The notes under the pieces were generated by a model. That model was not told where the DNA came from. It made no database searches and was given only the letters and a program-made list of their open reading frames with translations. 64,000 nucleotides of DNA from Vitrella brassicaformis CCMP3155 (Eukaryota > Protista > Chromerida): positions 1-64,000 of the forward strand of contig CDMY01000869.1 of the NCBI GenBank assembly GCA_001179505.1. The letters are read 5' to 3'. The position numbers and the translations under genes are program-made. Of this stretch, positions 61,265 to 64,000 are shown in pieces; position 1 is the stretch's first letter, and every line of letters starts with the position of its first letter.

Positions 61265-63861
61265 CTATGTATGGTCAACGTGTTTTGAGTCATAACCGAA
61301 CCATTTGTCCTGCTTCACCCCCGTCGACGCAGTTGGTGTCTCCGGGGCTGACGTTGATGCCCCTGGCGTTGCTGCTCCCGATGGCTGCTGTTCCTGCTTT
61401 GGTGGTGGTGGTTCCGTCCTGTCAGTTTGTGTGGTGGCCACATGGTCCTTGTCCTTCTCGTCTCCCGTAGCGGGGTTGTTGCTGCTATCACCCACACCCG
61501 CCTTCACACCAGTGGGCTCGTCGCTCTCCGCCTTCTTGTCCTCCTTGTCCTCCTTGTCCTTCTTGCTAGACTCGCCTCCGCCTTCAGCTTGTTTTTCTTT
61601 TTTGGGCCCAAAGACTCTCTTAAATGCATTCTTGATTCTTGTCCCAAGGCATAGCTCTTCGGGGCTCTTGTCCTCACTGCTCCCTGGCTTCTGCTCTCCT
61701 TGGGTGGGTGCGGCTGCACGATCATCTTGGATCTTCTCGATCTTCATCTGGTACGTGAAGTTCAATTCAAACACTTCAGGACGATCCGCCGCATTCGGCT
61801 CAATCCACACGAACGTCGACCCGTAACCTGCCAGGAAACATACATAGCAAAGCGAAGCAAAGTAAGGCCGCGTGCTGTACACCAAGGAGAGATGTCGAGA
61901 TTTGTGTCTGTATGTATCTATGTGTGTACGCGTAGGTGGACAGAGACACACTGTCGTGAGTGAAGCGTCCCTCCCTCGCTCCGTCGTACATGCCATGCGT
62001 ACGTACATTTTCCCTTGGCTCCCTCCTCTCCCTGCGTGGAATCTTTTTGGCATCGAAATGAGCAGCAATCCTCATTTGCGCTGCAGGGTGCGCCGTGATG
62101 GCTGCATCCAGCGGATGGAAGACAATGGAAGTCCCGTATGTTTGTGGGTCTGTCTGGTGGGGCAATCGAGTTGCAGTGTGCGGGGTAGCACACATCCACG
62201 CGAGGCGGCAGCTGCTGGCCGTCCTCTGCATGGGCCTCCTCGGGACTCACAGACACACCACACTTCTGACCAATGTGGGGTGCGCCTGCGTGCAGGCCCA
62301 CACAGACCGACAGACAGACAGACAGAGACAGAGAGACAAATGGATTGCCGATTGTGGATGGCTGGGATCCATCCATCCATACATTCTTGGCTGTGTGCGA
62401 ATGCCCTGAGTGTGCGCGAGCAGCAGATTTCGTGGCCCTTGTCTGTGTGCGGCCGGAAGCCGCCCGGCACGCAGCACGTGAACTTGACACACTTGGTGGG
62501 ATCCTGCTCGTCCACCTTAATGCACACCGCGTTTTTGGCCCCACCCTCCTTGTGCGGATAGCCACAGCAGAGGTTTGACTTGTCCATCTCCTCTGCCGAG
62601 AAAGACAGGTCTGTCTGACACTCCCGGCCCTTGCTTTGGTGCTCTGCATCAGAACCCCTCTCTGAGAGCGAGACAGACAGACAGAAGCCGGTGGGCCTTC
62701 GGGGGAAGATGATGGCTCGTTTCTGCTTTCACCAGCCTGCTGTTGCTGCTCCGCTGCCGACGTGTCGCTGCCGCCTTTCATTTGCAGATTGGTGTCTGTC
62801 CTGAAGCTGAACTTGTACCCCTCAAGCTGAGGTGGACTAGCCTCGTTCTCCGTCACGAACACGCTGGTGTCTCCAACACCTTACGGACGAGACAGAAAGA
62901 TGACACACACGTAGATGCATACAATATGTAGATGCATACGCACGCACACACGACGTATCGATGTAGATCGTCTATGTGTGCAGTCGGCCGCGTGCCTCAC
63001 GTACTCACTGACATTTTTGCTCTTTGCAGAGGAAGCTGCAGCACTCCCAGTGACGCGAGCAGCTCTGGCCGCCGTTCTTGCAACCACTTATTGGCGCACC
63101 TGGACAGAGAGACATGTAGACACAAAAATACATATGCAAGGACAGGCAAAGCATGCAGCCACCTCAGCCCCGGCTTGTTGCTCACATACAGCGGTAGTCT
63201 TCCATTGTGCAGACCCCAGCAACGCAGGAAGGATCCCTCTTGCCCTACAGACAGGCAGACAGACACAGGACATCCAGCCGGCCCTTGCCGCTGGCTGCGT
63301 GTGACGCGCTGGTTCGTCTGACAGCAACCTTACACACCTACCTACCGTCTTCGGATGACACCGGTCGCCGACTGCGTGAAGGCATTGACACGTGGAATTG
63401 GACTTGCACTCCACTGCGCGGCTGCAGCACATACTTTGCAAAGCGGATGGGTCAGCTGTCTTGTCCTTGGTGAGTCTGAGCGGGTCAGATCCTCCCGGGA
63501 GACAGCACTGGAACTCCGCACACTCCGACCCATCTTGACCGTATCGAATGCACACTGCGTGTTCCTTCTTGTCGCCATCATCCCGGGCGATGCAGACCTT
63601 CTCACACGGCAATCCGCCTTCCTGGGACATCTGCTCTTGTGTGAAAGTAGGACAAGGGCCCGGGACATCATGCCTCAAAGCCCGCTGCCATTCCGCGTTC
63701 CGCCGTTCCAGTGTCCGTGACCGGCGTTTCACCAAGACCGTAGAGGCTGCCCTGTAGAATCGCATCCGCTGCCAGCCGGCCACGCCCATTATGGGGAACA
63801 CCACAGCAACGTAGGTGGCCTTGATGCAGCACAGCAGACGCATTCCGGGGTGCACATGCAC
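61265..63861 (-). CDS. Secreted cysteine-rich protein with two super-repeats, each ending in a knottin-like module
   Basis: Hydrophobic N-terminus (RLLCCIKATYVAVVFPIMGVAG). AVCI...C..F.CC.PGG...CCSR occurs twice, as does GC....G..C.....CCSF.C...C. The C-terminal tail is low-complexity and charged. Confidence 0.75.
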
Positions 63862-64000
63862 TGGCAGCTACATGGGGGCGGGATGTGGGCTCCTAAGACA
63901 GACTGAGACTGCGAGGAAAGAGGCTGGATGAGCATCATTTTGCTGCTGTCCTTGCTATTTGCATCTCAGCATGCAGGTGCTCTTGACGTGTTGAGACAAC

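Noticed and set aside
1-64000. tRNA/rRNA genes
   Set aside because: No cloverleaf (TTCGA T-loop with an acceptor stem) or rRNA-conserved segments recognised by eye; a tRNAscan-SE/Infernal run would be definitive.

Overview
Intron-rich, GC-rich eukaryotic genomic DNA from a photosynthetic protist. Bipartite plastid-type leaders and microsatellite-lined introns suggest a chromerid such as Vitrella; this is an inference. I assembled about 22 spliced protein-coding genes by eye from GT-AG junctions, so boundaries are approximate. They are: a CCCH-DEAH helicase, TTC7/Ypp1-like, a DEAD-box helicase, a plastid thioredoxin, UBC13, two orphans, ATG5, COG6, PAK1IP1/Mak11, a TLDc protein, TMCO4/DUF726, an F-box-like gene, a CysJ-like diflavin reductase, OST48, ATG6/Beclin, LRRC34-like, a DnaJ protein, a 4xHTH protein, GTPBP2-like, LPA1/DUF3493-like and a Cys-rich knottin-repeat protein. 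I recognised no rRNA, tRNA, CRISPR array or intact transposase/RT. Four 300-N assembly gaps are present. Main observations: (1) genes form ten head-to-head pairs, and the short shared upstream regions carry a recurrent (T/C)AAGCTCGCA motif; (2) a probably plastid-targeted, membrane-anchored protein has four tandem helix-turn-helix repeats; (3) a ~230-bp hairpin-rich direct repeat lies in a compositionally distinct 32-42 kb zone; (4) an N-myristoylation-motif CysJ-like reductase; (5) a secreted protein built from a duplicated Cys-rich/knottin super-repeat.
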